Shown here: piece after piece, positions 38,248-51,900 of the stretch
Numbering within the stretch: position 1 is the first letter of the stretch
Layout of the letters: each line of letters starts with the position of its first letter
Assembly: GCA_040954595.2 (NCBI GenBank)
Contig: CM082576.2
Span: 7,009,129 to 7,073,128 of the forward strand
DNA length: 64,000 bases
Direction: 5' to 3'
DNA from: Balanoglossus misakiensis
Lineage: Eukaryota > Animalia > Hemichordata
Translations under genes and position numbers: made by a program
The notes under the pieces: model-generated
Seen by the model: only the letters and a program-made list of their open reading frames with translations
Databases searched by the model: none
What the model was told of the DNA's origin: nothing

Positions 38248-40529
38248 ATTCCCTTGGCCATCGATTTCAGAAAGTAGTCTATTTTATTATTAGGATAACA
38301 TTTGTGCACTGCCGTCATCAAACAAACATTTATGCGGAGACTTTGCCCCGCAAGTTTAGTCAAGTACACGACCAGACCACCGTGATGCAAAGAAACACGC
38401 GAACGGAGTGTTGTTTGAACCATTTGAACAGCGTATACGCGGCTTACCCGGATCAAGAGACGCACTTCGTCTTCTGGCACGCGACTGCTGCAGAAATGAC
38501 ACCCCTGTTTACCGTGTAATTTTATAGACGGATCACACCGGATCTTTTCAATCAACATCGGCTAGAAGACTTGGAGCAAGTCGAGAAACACAAACCACTC
38601 GCAGGAGGACACCTCGCGGCCAGCGGGTTCTTTTTTAACCAGCTTGCGCTAAAAATGCCGTCCGGTAATTCGTCCTTACGCAGTTTATATAGAACTGAAT
38701 GCAGCGACCAATTGTCTTATTTATCATAGCGAGGCGACATGTCTTGCATAAATATTTGTCTGTTATTTATACCGTCTTCCTCTTTTAAAGTTGCAACATG
38801 GCTATATTTTCACGAAATGCAAAATTAATCTTCATTCAGTTGAGCAGGGGTGGACACAAATCGCGAATTTATCGAGCACTTTCTCTTTTAAAAAGAAAAT
38901 GAAAGATATAAAATTAGTCAGACTTTGGTCGCCATGTGAGATGTAAAAATGCCAAAAGAAATGACACTCGTGTAATGATAGCCCCAATAGTTCCAAAATG
39001 ATACTACTTTTTTATAATCTTGGAGAAGACATCACATCCCTGTACCCTGGCCACAGTTCATATCTTGGCGACAGGCGCCACGTGCGTTCAAGGCAATGCC
39101 AAGTAGTCCTTGAATCTTGAAGCGCACAAATATTGACTGCGTCTTCCATACCAACGGTGATGTTTTTCGCGTGCTATCGTACAAATCGTGAAGTATGGTG
39201 GAGCAGTCCCTGGGCGGGGCCGGGTTAGGCACGTTAGGTGGTGGTTCCATCGGAAAACACGTCGTTGTGGGAAGTGAACTGGTCCGAGTACCGGCAGAAC
39301 AGTGTTTTTTTTTCTCAGACGACGGATTCACAACCGTCAAACTTCTTTTTGTCAAAGGTCGTGTGAATCCAGTTGCACACGACACTCATTTTGCCGAGAA
39401 AGTGGCAAGAAATGAAGTAAAAGTGCCAGCTAGCGAAATACACGTGACCGGCACGTGACCAGCACGGTTCGGTTAACAAATTAATATTATGAAAGAAACT
39501 TGGTTATCCGGTAAAATACGGGTGGTCCGAAGTGGTAAAATTGGAGTAGTGAGTGCGTACATGCGCATGAGTGACTCTGTTACCCTCCACCAGAACTCGA
39601 TTTACCAATAGCCTTTTTTCTTCCCTGTCCCCGGCAAGTGAAGTACGTAACTCTCGAATCAGAATTTTTACATGGGTTGGGCATTTTCATCGCAAGTACG
39701 AGTGTTTTCGAGATTACCGTCGTTTATCTTCGCGCGTTTATTGAGAAGTGTCATTCCACCGAAGATCTTCTGGTTTATCGACAAACAGCAAATTCGTGAA
39801 TTTATAAGACATGTAAACATGTGGTTTTTCCATCAAAACAACCTTTAAAAAGTTACACTGCGTCGATCTAAGTGCAGATTGTCAAGGGGGCCCTGGGCCT
39901 ATCGCATTAATCCACAAGTACATGATAGAACCACAAATACCACAGGAATATATACAGGATTTGATTTCAAGACTGCCCCCATCCAACTCTCAGACCTTCT
40001 CAAGTTTCGGATATCGTCCGAGGGATCACACGACATATTACCACTGGGATGTAGATTATGCGTGTACCGATGATAGACCACATATTCTACTGTACTGCAA
40101 CCATAGATTTCTCGAAGGTTGGCGCGTTAAAAAGTTGCACCAAATTAAATGGATGGGTGGACGCTTTAAAATTCTCCCGATTTGTTAAAATTCCTCTTAT
40201 CATGATTGTTGTCTTGTTGTGGCATGCTCATTTTGTTTTGTTGATCAGAATCAGTACGAAGCCAAGAAAACGGCGATTTGATGCGGAACGTTATGTTTAT
40301 TAGTACATACTAGTATCCTCACAAAAACGCAAACACAACATTATTGACGTGACCTGACTTGATCTTTGCCGGGGCGATCCTACGGCTATCTACACTATGA
40401 AACAGAGCACTATAGGTGTCTTGACTTTGTAAACTACTTCTGATACGACTAGCTGTCCTTACACCAGCTCAATCGGCAGGTCAGACCCATGACTTTGCCA
40501 ACGGGCCGCTCACGATAAACAAAAAATGT

Positions 40530-41039
40530 TGCAGTGGCGGCGCCGAGCGCGCGTCCGTCGTCGGTGCCGGCGCTGCCCCCGTCGCCCCTCGTCAACACGT
40601 CGGGGCTTTAATGATAACATCGCTTGAGAGGCAATGGCCAAGTTGTCTACGGCGTTTCACCAATCAGTCCGGGAACCAATGGCATGGACGGTTCGTGCTA
40701 TAGATAACATTCCATTGAATTCAAGATCTCGACATAACGGCGCTACAGTAATAAACTAATCCGAGCTGTTTTGCTCTCATTATTCGCGTACCCGATTTCT
40801 CAGTATTTATACATGTCTCCAAGACGCCGGACGCTGAGCGTAAACACGGAAGGGTGTTAATAGGGCTCTGGCCCATGCTGTCAGTCCAAAGCAACGCCGA
40901 CTTTCAAAGATTTAAGAAGACTCTTCAGATTAGAAGTTAAATCAGAGTTACGATTTAGGAAAAACACACTAGTTTTTCGGAAAAAAGTTCATCTACGAAA
41001 CTCTCGGAAGTGTACAAACCAATAGGACTTCAGTATCCG
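40530..41039 (+). promoter_or_regulatory. Probable gremlin promoter and non-coding exon 1
   Basis: GC-rich block at 40534-40605, two CCAAT boxes (~40660 and ~40676), TATTTATA at 40804 and donor CCG|GTGAGC at 41040. The matching acceptor TTACAG|G is at 44076. Vertebrate gremlins also have a non-coding exon 1 and a single coding exon. Confidence 0.55.
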
Positions 41040-44000
41040 GTGAGCAACCATGATTTTCATTAACTTTTTGAATTATATTTCACGTTATGTTAAATCTTGT
41101 GTGGTAATATAATTCGTCCATCCTTTGATGTGTTGTCAATTTGTGGTTTCAAATTGTCCATTTCCTGTTTGTAACGTCAGCTTATAGCTTGGAAATTCCA
41201 TCATGAGTGAAAAGGGGGAAATCTTCGTCGTGTTTATGTCATGGCGAATATCTTGGAATTGATCTCCGGTGGACGATCACTGAGAAATGATCATCGTTCA
41301 TATGACACAAACAAAACCCATCTTTAAATTTTGTCCTTTGGATGTTCGAAGAGAGGACACGCGTAAACGTTCCATAAATATCAGAAAGTTGATGAGTTCT
41401 CTTCTAAATACGGAATAGCGAAATTTTAAAACGGCAGTGACACCCGTGTAAAAACGCAAGACAAAAAACTAAACAAAACACGACTGAGAAAACAACTCTA
41501 ATAGACGACACTTTATTTAACTGTGTCAACACTTTCTGGGCAAAATAAAGTTGGCCGACCTTAGCGGTAGTAAAGTGTGAACTTCGGGAGCATTTCAGGG
41601 CGCTATAACTCAAATACACCGAAACCTCGTTCGATATTGCGTCTGTTGTTTTCTCTTGGTTGTGAAGGAATCGATGCAATAATATCAGCGGGTCGTTTAT
41701 CCTGAAATACAGTTTAAACGAAAATGGGGAGAATGCTGTCTTCCTTAATCTTCACAAACATTGCTCCAGTTTCGTAAAAGTGGCACAATTCAAAGCGACC
41801 GCCGCATTGCTACGCCTGTGTCGTTCTGCGCTGTAATCACTTGTTTCAGATGGCAAACGACACTTGTTGAAGTCATCAAACTTTTACCAATCCGATCAGT
41901 CACTGATTTGCATTTTGTCAGAATTGTTTCGTGACTTACATCTACAGGTCGTCCAGTCGTCAAGAAATCTCTATTATGAAAAATTCAAGCAAGAACAAAA
42001 AATGTACTGTGCACGCGTTGTTTACACAAGACCCCGCAAAGCGCGGGAATTTAAGGTTTCCATGCACCAGCCTCCGGTCATGTAAAGAGAGACGATCCCA
42101 GCATCAGTGACCTTAACGACCTCGTCCCAATGAATTCCGAAAAAATATTAGCGTTTTCATATCTACACAAAAAAGAGGGCCGAAGATGGTACCCCCTTCT
42201 CCCGTTGTGATTTACGAGAAAATAAGCTGTTGACAGTCATACTCCACATATTTGCCGGCCTTGACTTATTTACAATTATATACACGCTAGTGGGTAAGGC
42301 ATAAATTGGAAATTCTATCCAGCTCTTAAAACGGGTCCGTTTACCGTCCAATTTCAACAAAACGCCGATGTTGAACCTAAATCATGTAAACCACAAGCTC
42401 TCGAGCGAATGACGTGTACAGAGAAGGCAAGATACTACATGCGTGTTAAGGATTTTGTCCGGTTTCTGAACATTGCCTTCTCGCGCGTTCTGCCACAGGC
42501 CTACTTTAATAACGGTTAACCCACGTGGTGTACCAAGAAGAAAAACGACCCATCCAAACCGTACGATTCAGCAGCCATCAAATACCATTTGGTAGTCATG
42601 AAATGCATGGTTGAAGCGCAAACAGAACAAAAATAAGTTAATCTCCAGACACATATCATCTAACGCCATTTTAAATAAACATATTTAATTATGATATTAT
42701 TTCCAAGGTGAAACATGTTCGGGGGGTGTTAATTCCTCACCCCCGATGATACCCGCACCGCGAATTCCTGAAAAATTCACGAATAATCACTTGAGACTGG
42801 GATGTATTTTGATAATTTGGTGGCGGCCGACGATAACAGATGATGGGAGCACGCGATAAAGCTGGCAGCGCCGATATGTCTTCTCCCCAGATTCCAGAGT
42901 TAATCCAATTTCATTCGGCATTTCAACAACCGATGGCCTGACTCTGGGCCAGAATCCATCAGGCCGTCACGTTTGTTTGCCAGGACCCTGAAGAGAGAGA
43001 ACCCAGGCCAACATCGCTTATAAGTCCGCCGTTTAGTATTCCAATTGCAATCGAGCTTGAGGAGCTATAGAACCAAACTTCAATTGTCAACGCGACCCTT
43101 CTATGAAATGGAAAAAAAAAGTGAAAGTTCCACTCAGATAACCTGATGCAAACTGTCAGTATCTGGACAAACTCATTTGTGACTCAGAAGTTTTACTTCG
43201 TACCGCGATGACACTGTGCCGTATTCGCGAAGAAATCCAAGCGAATCCAGCACGTTTCGCTGGAAACGCCGCCGCAACGGACTCTTTCAATCCTCCTGAT
43301 TAATGTCCTGAATTTGACCATAAAACACTCGTTGACCTTGCGACGACCTTGCCGCATAGGGACCATGCCGCCATCACTCCAGGCAGTAATATCTGAGCGT
43401 CACTCACTCACTGTCCAACGCCAATAATCGCCGGAACAGCTGCTTGTCAGCGGTGTTGTTGACGCTTCTTACCCGCATTTGTTTTGCAAATACCACAACC
43501 GCCTATATTTTTCCCTGTCCTCTGCAAAAGAAAAAAAAAAGATCGAGCATTTCTTCAAGTGAAAATATACACTTGTTCCGGTCCGTTACAACCGCATGTC
43601 ACGGGAGCCGCAGTAATCGTTCTCTGCCAGTCGTGCTAATAGCCTGTACTGACTCAAGCGAACCAGCTGTCGGCGACTGCTCTCAGAATGTTTCGGTTTT
43701 TCCGCTTTTGTTTGCTTGTTCTGCTCCCAAATTTTCCACTACGCCCATCAGAGGTACATCAACAACGCTCGTTTCCGAATACAAAACCCACCGTGCCCAA
43801 CCGATCAACGTTTTATTGTAAACTTTAATACCCAATATTGACCTTCTTCATCGACGGAAACTTAGTGGTTACCATGAAAACCAGGTGATGAAAATTGGTC
43901 ACCATGATGCAAATCTGGATCAGAGAACCGACATTTGGCCAACAGAGCGAATCTGTTCTCAACGCGATCGGAACTTGAACTGTGGGGAACTTTCACATTC

Positions 44001-44086
44001 TGGGGGAAATTTCTCTTTTCCTTTTATTTGAGTGAAATGCGTTGTAATTAGGATATGCATTTCCTCTTTTTACAGGTAGTGTTTCC

Positions 44087-44665
44087 ATGGAAATGGGACA
44101 CCAGTCCATCATGACAAGTTTCTTTCTGCTCCTTCTCATGACGCTGTTCCTACTGTCCACCATAGCAACCGCCTCCCCGCGACGCAGTGGCAACAACAGA
44201 CACAGGGTTGGTGTCAGCGATGGCGGCCACGGACGCCGACCGGTCGGATACATACCGTCGCCGCTGAAATACCTGAACGACGACGACGAAGACGGCGGCA
44301 AGCGGCGGGCGCCGGACGACGTGCTGACGCCCTCAAGCGAGGAGGCCGTCACGATCACCGAGAGGCAGTACCTGCGGGGGGACTGGTGCAAAACGCAACC
44401 GCTGAAGCAGACGATCCACGAGGAGGGGTGCGTCTCTCGCACCATCATCAACCGCTTCTGCTACGGACAATGTAATTCCTTCTTCATCCCAAAGCAGCAG
44501 CTCAGGCAACAGGTTGCGGCGTTCCAGTCATGCTCCTTCTGCAAACCCTACCGCTTCAACTGGATTACTGTGACTTTGCGCTGCCCCGGCTCACTGCCCA
44601 AGCGCAGAAGGAAACGCGTTCAGCGCATCAAGCAGTGTCGGTGTATGGCCGTGCAGCTGCAGTGA
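44087..44665 (+). CDS. GREM: Gremlin (DAN-family cystine-knot BMP antagonist)
   Basis: Single coding exon with a signal peptide, RPVGYIPSP, and TERQYLRGDWCKTQPLKQTIHEEGCVSRTIINRFCYGQCNSFFIP...FQSCSFCKP...VTLRCP...KRVQRIKQCRC. Confidence 0.97.
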   Translation: MEMGHQSIMTSFFLLLLMTLFLLSTIATASPRRSGNNRHRVGVSDGGHGRRPVGYIPSPLKYLNDDDEDGGKRRAPDDVLTPSSEEAVTITERQYLRGDWCKTQPLKQTIHEEGCVSRTIINRFCYGQCNSFFIPKQQLRQQVAAFQSCSFCKPYRFNWITVTLRCPGSLPKRRRKRVQRIKQCRCMAVQLQ

Positions 44666-47600
44666 AAAAACTGCGCTGAAAAAAATCATCTCATCTATAA
44701 GATGGCGCCATCTTAACTTTTATTTCTCGCCGACTTCGTTTCAGAAGTGTCACTGCAAACTATCCAAGTAAAAAAGGCGCAGTTCAGTGCGAGAGATATA
44801 CGAGTAAGTTATCAGGGAAGAAGTTTTGTCTCCGACCTCGTTCAAGCTTGTTTTCTTGTCGGCCCTCAGACACCGTCACCTCGTCCGGGAGACTTAACCA
44901 GTGTTCAAGTGTGCCGTCTTTCACTCGGATATTTGGAGTATTTATTGGTTGATAAGTGTGGCGCCGGGGTTAATAAAGGCATTTACAAGTAAATCATCCG
45001 TAACTGGGTTCGAATGTCAAATTTATGCCGCCCTCTATAACCCCAAACAAACCAACAACTCCATCGTGCGCGTAGGCCGATACAGCGTACGCGGCAAAAG
45101 ATGCGGGTCACGACAAGGACGAAAGAAAATGGCCCAGGAGAGTTCTTGACGCAACTCGTTGTCATTCAAGGCGCCTGGCTGCTACGTGTATGTTGATCGC
45201 AAAGCCAGATCGTTTGCCCTGTTGGACATATATAGTTGAACTCTGTATATAATTTGGACAAGAATTGGTCTATGCTGTGTATTTATGGTAAACAACGGTA
45301 ACTGCTGTGCGTAAAACGGCAGACTAGATGTTTGTACTGTGCATCTAGAGTAGCTGAGTTCTGAGTATCTTAATGAACCACGGTGTATGCATGAAAATAA
45401 ATCGTAACACACAAATATAATTAACATTATTTCAAATCTAGTCTACCTACATCATTTGTGATATACGGAGTTTAGTTGTCTGTGGTTTAAAAGGCGCGCC
45501 CTGTATTTGCAAAGTAAACGCGGCACATTTCCCTCGATGTTGCCAAAATAAGTGTGAGGTCGAGTTGCCCCCGTCCCAGTTGCAGCTGTGGTTGTGCGAC
45601 GCGTCTTGGATTTTACGATCGAAGCTGAAGACCTGTTATTTGCGAGGATAGTAAACAGAATCTGCCGGAGTGAAAAGAAAGCTTCATACCCTCTTGAACC
45701 CACGTGTCACCATATCGACAAATTATGAATACAGCGATGGATGCGTGTTTTTCGTTTTTGAACCTTTCAACGCCATAGTCACCTTTTGCGTCATTTAAAA
45801 AAAAACTTTCAAGGCTTCATAACTCCCCCCTCAAATTTTGATTAAAATCCGAAGAAAATGGAAAATTATGATCACTTGTTCTAAAATTAAGGGAATATTT
45901 ACAAGAAAAATGAGTGAAAATGTTCAAATGTTGCACCACATATTGACAGAGAAAATGTGACGCTCAAATGAAGTCAGTTTAGCCTAGGGCAAGATGAACA
46001 TAGATAAGTTGGAGGACTTTGAGGTTATGAGTAGCCGATAGGTATTTTAATAGTTTGACGGGCCATATAGGTTTTCTTGAAAAAGGGTAATGCGTGCTGT
46101 CCGGAAATGTTTACCCTGGAAAGATGTGGACACGTTATTTCCAGTGATCTGTTCCGTAAACGCGAAAGTTCGCCCCGAGAAACACCAAATACCGCGCACT
46201 GCCTGTCACTCATGCAGATGACGGAGCCAGTGAAGCCAAGATCGACCGGGAAAAAGTGAAGCCGTAAAAGAAATTGTTGAAATATCCTTCTGGTACTCCT
46301 CAAACTGATTCATGATGATTTGTTTAGATAGGGAATGCATTGACAATTTCAAATCTTGTAATGAAACCCCCCTTGTCAAGGACTTGCAGAAAACTGCGTA
46401 TTATAATATCACGTGTTCATCTGGCGACGCAATAATTGGGGTCACGCGACCTCAACTACCCCTCTTCTTACAGTGATGTAATTATTGCATACAAAGATAT
46501 CCTATTTCTTACACACATCCTGAATATTTCGTTGAAAACAAGGACGAGACTACGAAGAGACAGCGAAGTTGCCGACACGTTGTGTCCCATACTGAAAACG
46601 CCCCCTACGACACACTTTTTTGACACTCAAGAACTTGGCTCTTCATTTAGCTTTTAGCGTGCCCATAAATAAAACTCTAGTACTACAGAAAGTAAGTCGA
46701 GAACGAAATGTAAGTCTCCGCATAGTTTACCCATTCAGTCTCAATGAATTAATCCGTGTTTGTTATTCTTTAAATGCCTTTGAAGTAAACTCCATCTCCG
46801 TTTCGAAAGATAAGAAAAACTCAGACTTGTTCGCTGTTAGAAACACAAAAAGGCGTGGTCATTTCTGACTGTGTATTTTTGTACACAAAGACGGCCTCTA
46901 ACTCCAACAAGTTTAAACCCTACAGATTCCTGACATTGCAACGCTCGCGTGAGCACTTTTTAAATCGGGCGCGTACTTTTCGAGAAATCGTAAATAAATT
47001 TGTATGCACTGAAGTCGTCCAGGGTATCGGGCCGAAGACTTCACTCGGTAATCCCTCGGTATCTGTCGGCATTTGACTGCTTTGCTAAGATACACACAGA
47101 AAGACTAGGATTGGTTTTCTTGTGTTGGGGAGAATTAATTTGGTTGCTAGATATAACAGAACGTCAATCCCACCCAGAAAATCGTATTATTGAATACAAA
47201 CACATGGAACAGGACAATTTCATAGAATGACATTTATTTGCAATACTCTCATCTCCACTGGTCACATTATTGCTTTAATGCTAATGATGACATGGTTGTC
47301 ATGTCGTTGAAGGGAAATAAAAAGTTACCCACATCAATGTGGAAGACTGACACATGAATGGAATGAAAAAATGGAATGATATCAGAACCTAAACGGAAAA
47401 AGCGAAAAAGAGATAAGCAAACTTTGTCGCGCGAGGGCGCACTGCTTTAGAACATAGGTCATGATTATGCATCAAGTACATTGTTCGTGGGTTCGTTTAA
47501 GCAGATAAATTTGTAAGTAATCATGTAAGTAACGGCTTTTAAGTTTCCCTGGTATATCAAGCGTGACATTTTTCTACTCTTTCTGACAAGAAACTAATAT

Positions 47601-48947
47601 AATGCTATACATGTACACCAACAACATCATCTGCTTCATGTAAGAAAAATTATCAACACAGTGTCAGAAATTTTGATCAATGTACAGGCCAGGTAAAAGA
47701 CACAGTTGGGCGGCTAGACTACTCTAGTTACAATATCAAAACGTAAAATTATGGAATAGGTTACATCATATGTCTAATTCAAATAAAAAATATCTAAGTA
47801 CACTATTTTCTTCATTTTATATGTAAATGTTGTCGAAGTATGGATATTGATGGAACATTCTCTTTTTGTATTAACTTGACCTCATCACCTAACCGCAGAA
47901 TACAATAATTTCAAAACTTTTTTATAATAGAATGTTTGCTGGAATAATGAGGTGGAAAATAAAAGCACATAATTCCCAATAAATTCTGAATAAAGGTAAA
48001 TAATCTGATTGAATAAATGATTGTTACATACGACTGGACAGAAAATCAGACTGTTGTGTTTCCACTTTGTATATCTGTTCATCTATTGCTTAATTAAAGC
48101 TGTTTATTGTACATGTACTTGCCGAACATCTCTATCATTCCTGTAAATATTTTAAAAAAATTTCTGGAAACAAAGAGTGAAGACATTACATTTCACATAT
48201 CAACAGCATTGCATTCTGTGCATTGCAAGATCACTGAACTATACTATAGAGCTGTATAAATTTATTTTTTTAAAGAAAATCACAATTTTTTTTATTATAG
48301 TAAAAATCTTTTGTCTGGAGAAACATTGGCTTTTAGATGAAACCCCTCAGGGCTGGTGGGAATAATGGCCAATATTGATGCTGGCACAATTTTTAAAAAA
48401 ATCTAACGATTTTGGATTGGAATCACATCTTGGGAGGGAGGGATGGGTGACTAGAATTACACTGAAAGGCACTACAATCTATGAAGTATTTGTCAAAAAA
48501 ACGGGAAATAAAAATGGCAGGTCAAATTGAATGATAAATATGGAAAGTTACAAATAACATAACATAACATATCACATTGAATAATATTTAGATAAATACC
48601 TTACTCATGATATCATATATAAATAATCAGAAATATAAAAAAATAACAAAATGTTTACAGGTAAACAGCGGTAAACTTTCATTCAGTTATAAGACAGAGT
48701 GAGAAAATTTGGAGCACAGAGTTATATGGAAGTTGAATAATATTGCAAACTCTTACCCTGGAAGACACTGCTAGTATTAAGACAACATATGTTACACGGA
48801 ACGGCACCAATAATCAGTATAAAAAATTCCTCCAAAATATAACTATCATACAATCTTTCACCAAAGGGGGGATCTGAATAATAAACATTTTGCACAACAC
48901 TAATCTTCTCTTGTTTAGACAATAAATTTTATCTCTTGATTTCAAGT

Positions 48948-51900
48948 TTAACTCTTCCTTTTGGAGGCAGCCGCAACTTTGGCTTTCAGTCCACCGGTTT
49001 TCACAGCTGATGTTGTGTAACTTCGCCTCTTCTCTTCCTGCATTTGTTTCGTTTTCCTTTGGGCTTCTTCAATCCTGAAAAGCGATGTGAAATACATGAT
49101 GAGGTCAAAAAGTACATCAGTGAGTTAAGATCCATCCAATAATTGTCAGGATCGTAGGTCAGGTCGGCAGAAAGTGTTTATAACAAAAGTCTTGGTCAAC
49201 ACACAGACATGGTTCTGATGTCATCAAGTGACTTACTTCTGTCTGGTGATTATCTGTTGTTCCTTTTTCCATTCTGTTTTGAAGTCTCTGCAGAACGGCG
49301 ACCACAGGCCGAAAAACTGCGCCGGGGTGACATCTTTGCCGTCCGACTTGGGTTTGACACAGTAGAACTTGACAACGACCTGAAATCTAAGGGTTGTGAG
49401 AGCATTATCACTCTTTTTTCAAAGGCACTGCTGAACTTCACAGAACCCATCCATGTGGCATCCAAACATATTTGCTGATAGTACATGTGTTGAATAAGAC
49501 GCAACAGAGTTATAAACATCAGATACACTTACTTTTGATCACAGCATTGAAGGGTCAGTTCTTCCATCTGAAGTTCATCTTTGGCCGCAATCAGGAAATT
49601 TTCCATGTTGTCCTTGAAAGGCTGTTGTTCTTCCTCCTCGCAGTTTTTCAAAACCTCGTCAACTTTGACCTTACAACCTGTTGATGGCAGAAATTGCATT
49701 ACAACCTGTTATTGTTGACCACCTGATCTTGCACAGGTCGTTTTTCTCCCCAAGGTTATTTTTTAGATTCTGACTTTCATTCTGCATTATTTAATGGAAG
49801 ATGCAGAATTCAAACTGACCAGTGCAGTTATTTTCACATACCATCCAAATCTCGTCGAATCTTCTTCACCTCCTTGTGCAAGTCTTCAAACTTGATCAGA
49901 GAAGCCTGGTCAACTGCCGAGGGTTGGGGAATGGGGAAGCTGGCTTTCTCGGTGCCTGCATCGCTGTCGAACTTGGCTACGTAGAGTTTGACCAGGTACT
50001 GAAGCAGATTGGAGGCGTTGTCCTGTGGAAGACGGAAAAAGGTCATGAAAAGACACAGGGGTCTCTTTTTCAACCACAGACATAGCCAATGTAATAACCA
50101 GCAAGATGGAACAGCCACGTACGCATATGGATCAACAGTTAAAATATGTAATGAGCTCTAGTATAGTACTCACAGAACTTTTGACATCTTTCAATTTGGC
50201 CAGAATGTCCAGCGCAAAGCCATCTGCTTGTCCTCTGGTTCTGCTTCCTAGCGTTACAAAAAGAATGATGATGAATGCGGTTAGCAATGGAACTGGAACT
50301 GTCACCGACAACTTGAAGATTCTTGTGATGATACACAGGGATCACAGAAATACATAAGAGCACACACTATACTTTACCTCCATTCATGTAATTGCCAAGG
50401 CTCAGAATTAAGGCAAGGATCTTTTGAACGTTGTCACTGGATTCCAATTCCTAAGTGAGAAAGCAGATACAAGTATGAGTACCTTTTGTAACATTAATAA
50501 TTATCTTCTACAACTTTTATGCAACACACACAACAGCAGATGGCCACTAGCTATGTATGAACTGTACATTAACCACAAGGAAGTGTGGCTTCCTTCTCCC
50601 TGGAGAATCACCAACAACTTTTTGAGCCCTTACTTAGTCTTTGGAACTTTCTATGTAATCCAAACATTTAACCATGTTCCTTGATCAATCACAGTACTGG
50701 CCAGGACACGCTCCTTACCTGGCAGATCTCGCCAATTGTGGACAATTTGTCACGCAGAGCGACTATATTCTCTCTGAATGTTGTTTGGAAGAGGATGCAA
50801 TACACTCTCTCGGCAAAGCAGGGAATGTCCGACAGCTGCAACAAAAACCTGTGAGAAAAAATGAAACAAAAGAAGTTGTAATGATGAGAAGGCACTGTCA
50901 TTTTGTAGAAATTTAGATGGTGCTTCAAGTTTTAAATGGTAATGGTGCAAAGCTGTCAAAGAGTTGAAATGACATATTCACAGTCATCTTAGGTTGATAG
51001 TGCCACAGCCTATACATGTATGTGTTCAACTCAGAACATTATACTCTGGATGGAGATTTCAGGACTGTTCGCAGACCATGTTTACTGTAAGACAGCATGA
51101 TATGAAATCAAACACTGGATCCAAACTTACTGTTCAGGTTTGTCCAGTGGTGTCTCTGCATCTTTGGTTACCTGAGATTTGATCTTCTTGATTTCATCTG
51201 ATTGTGGCCTCTGAAAAATTCATATTCAGAGAAACATCAGAGTACAACAAAGGTCATACATGTATTTGGGCACATATTAGAAAACAGCAAGACAATGAAC
51301 ATTCTTTCCTGCTGTTAAAAAGAACTGAACAATCGACCTCTGGTTAAGCTCTGGTTACTATCCTACTTACAATGTCATAGATGGACTGGAGATTTTCAAT
51401 GTCAATTTCAGACGTGTCGACATGCATGACAGCTTTCCTGATGTCGTCCATTTCAAGACGGAGACTGGATATCAAGATACCGACGTTCTGAGAGCGTTTG
51501 TTGTCCAGCACCTTGGCAACCTAGAAACAACATGTAAGACAGATTGAAGATGCTGATCGTTTTTTTTCAACTTGTATTTTTATCCATTGTAAATGAGACA
51601 TGACCGCAACTTCCCTCTCAGTGGGTTTGTATATACGCCACGACAGACAAAATCTCATGCCTGATACTGCTGCAGCCATGTATTTACCTTTCTTTGTGCT
51701 TTGAATTTCTTCATACTGTCGGCAAGCGGTTTCTTTTTGACAGCAGCTTTCTTGGAAAATTGTTCCTCCAGTTCCTGTGTGTCCAGATCGACGTCTGCCA
51801 ACTTGTCCCACACAGCAAGGTTTCTCTCAACACTGGCAATCACACAGAATGAAGTTTTACATGTTAAAAACATAGTCATAGACAAACCTTTAGGAATGTT

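Noticed and set aside
39236-39389. Minus-strand frame MSVVCNW...ESVV-TGA-EKKTLFC as a possible selenoprotein
   Set aside because: No SECIS element or redox motif seen, and further stops follow.
43993-44451. 152-aa antisense ORF
   Set aside because: Shadow of the GC-rich gremlin coding sequence.
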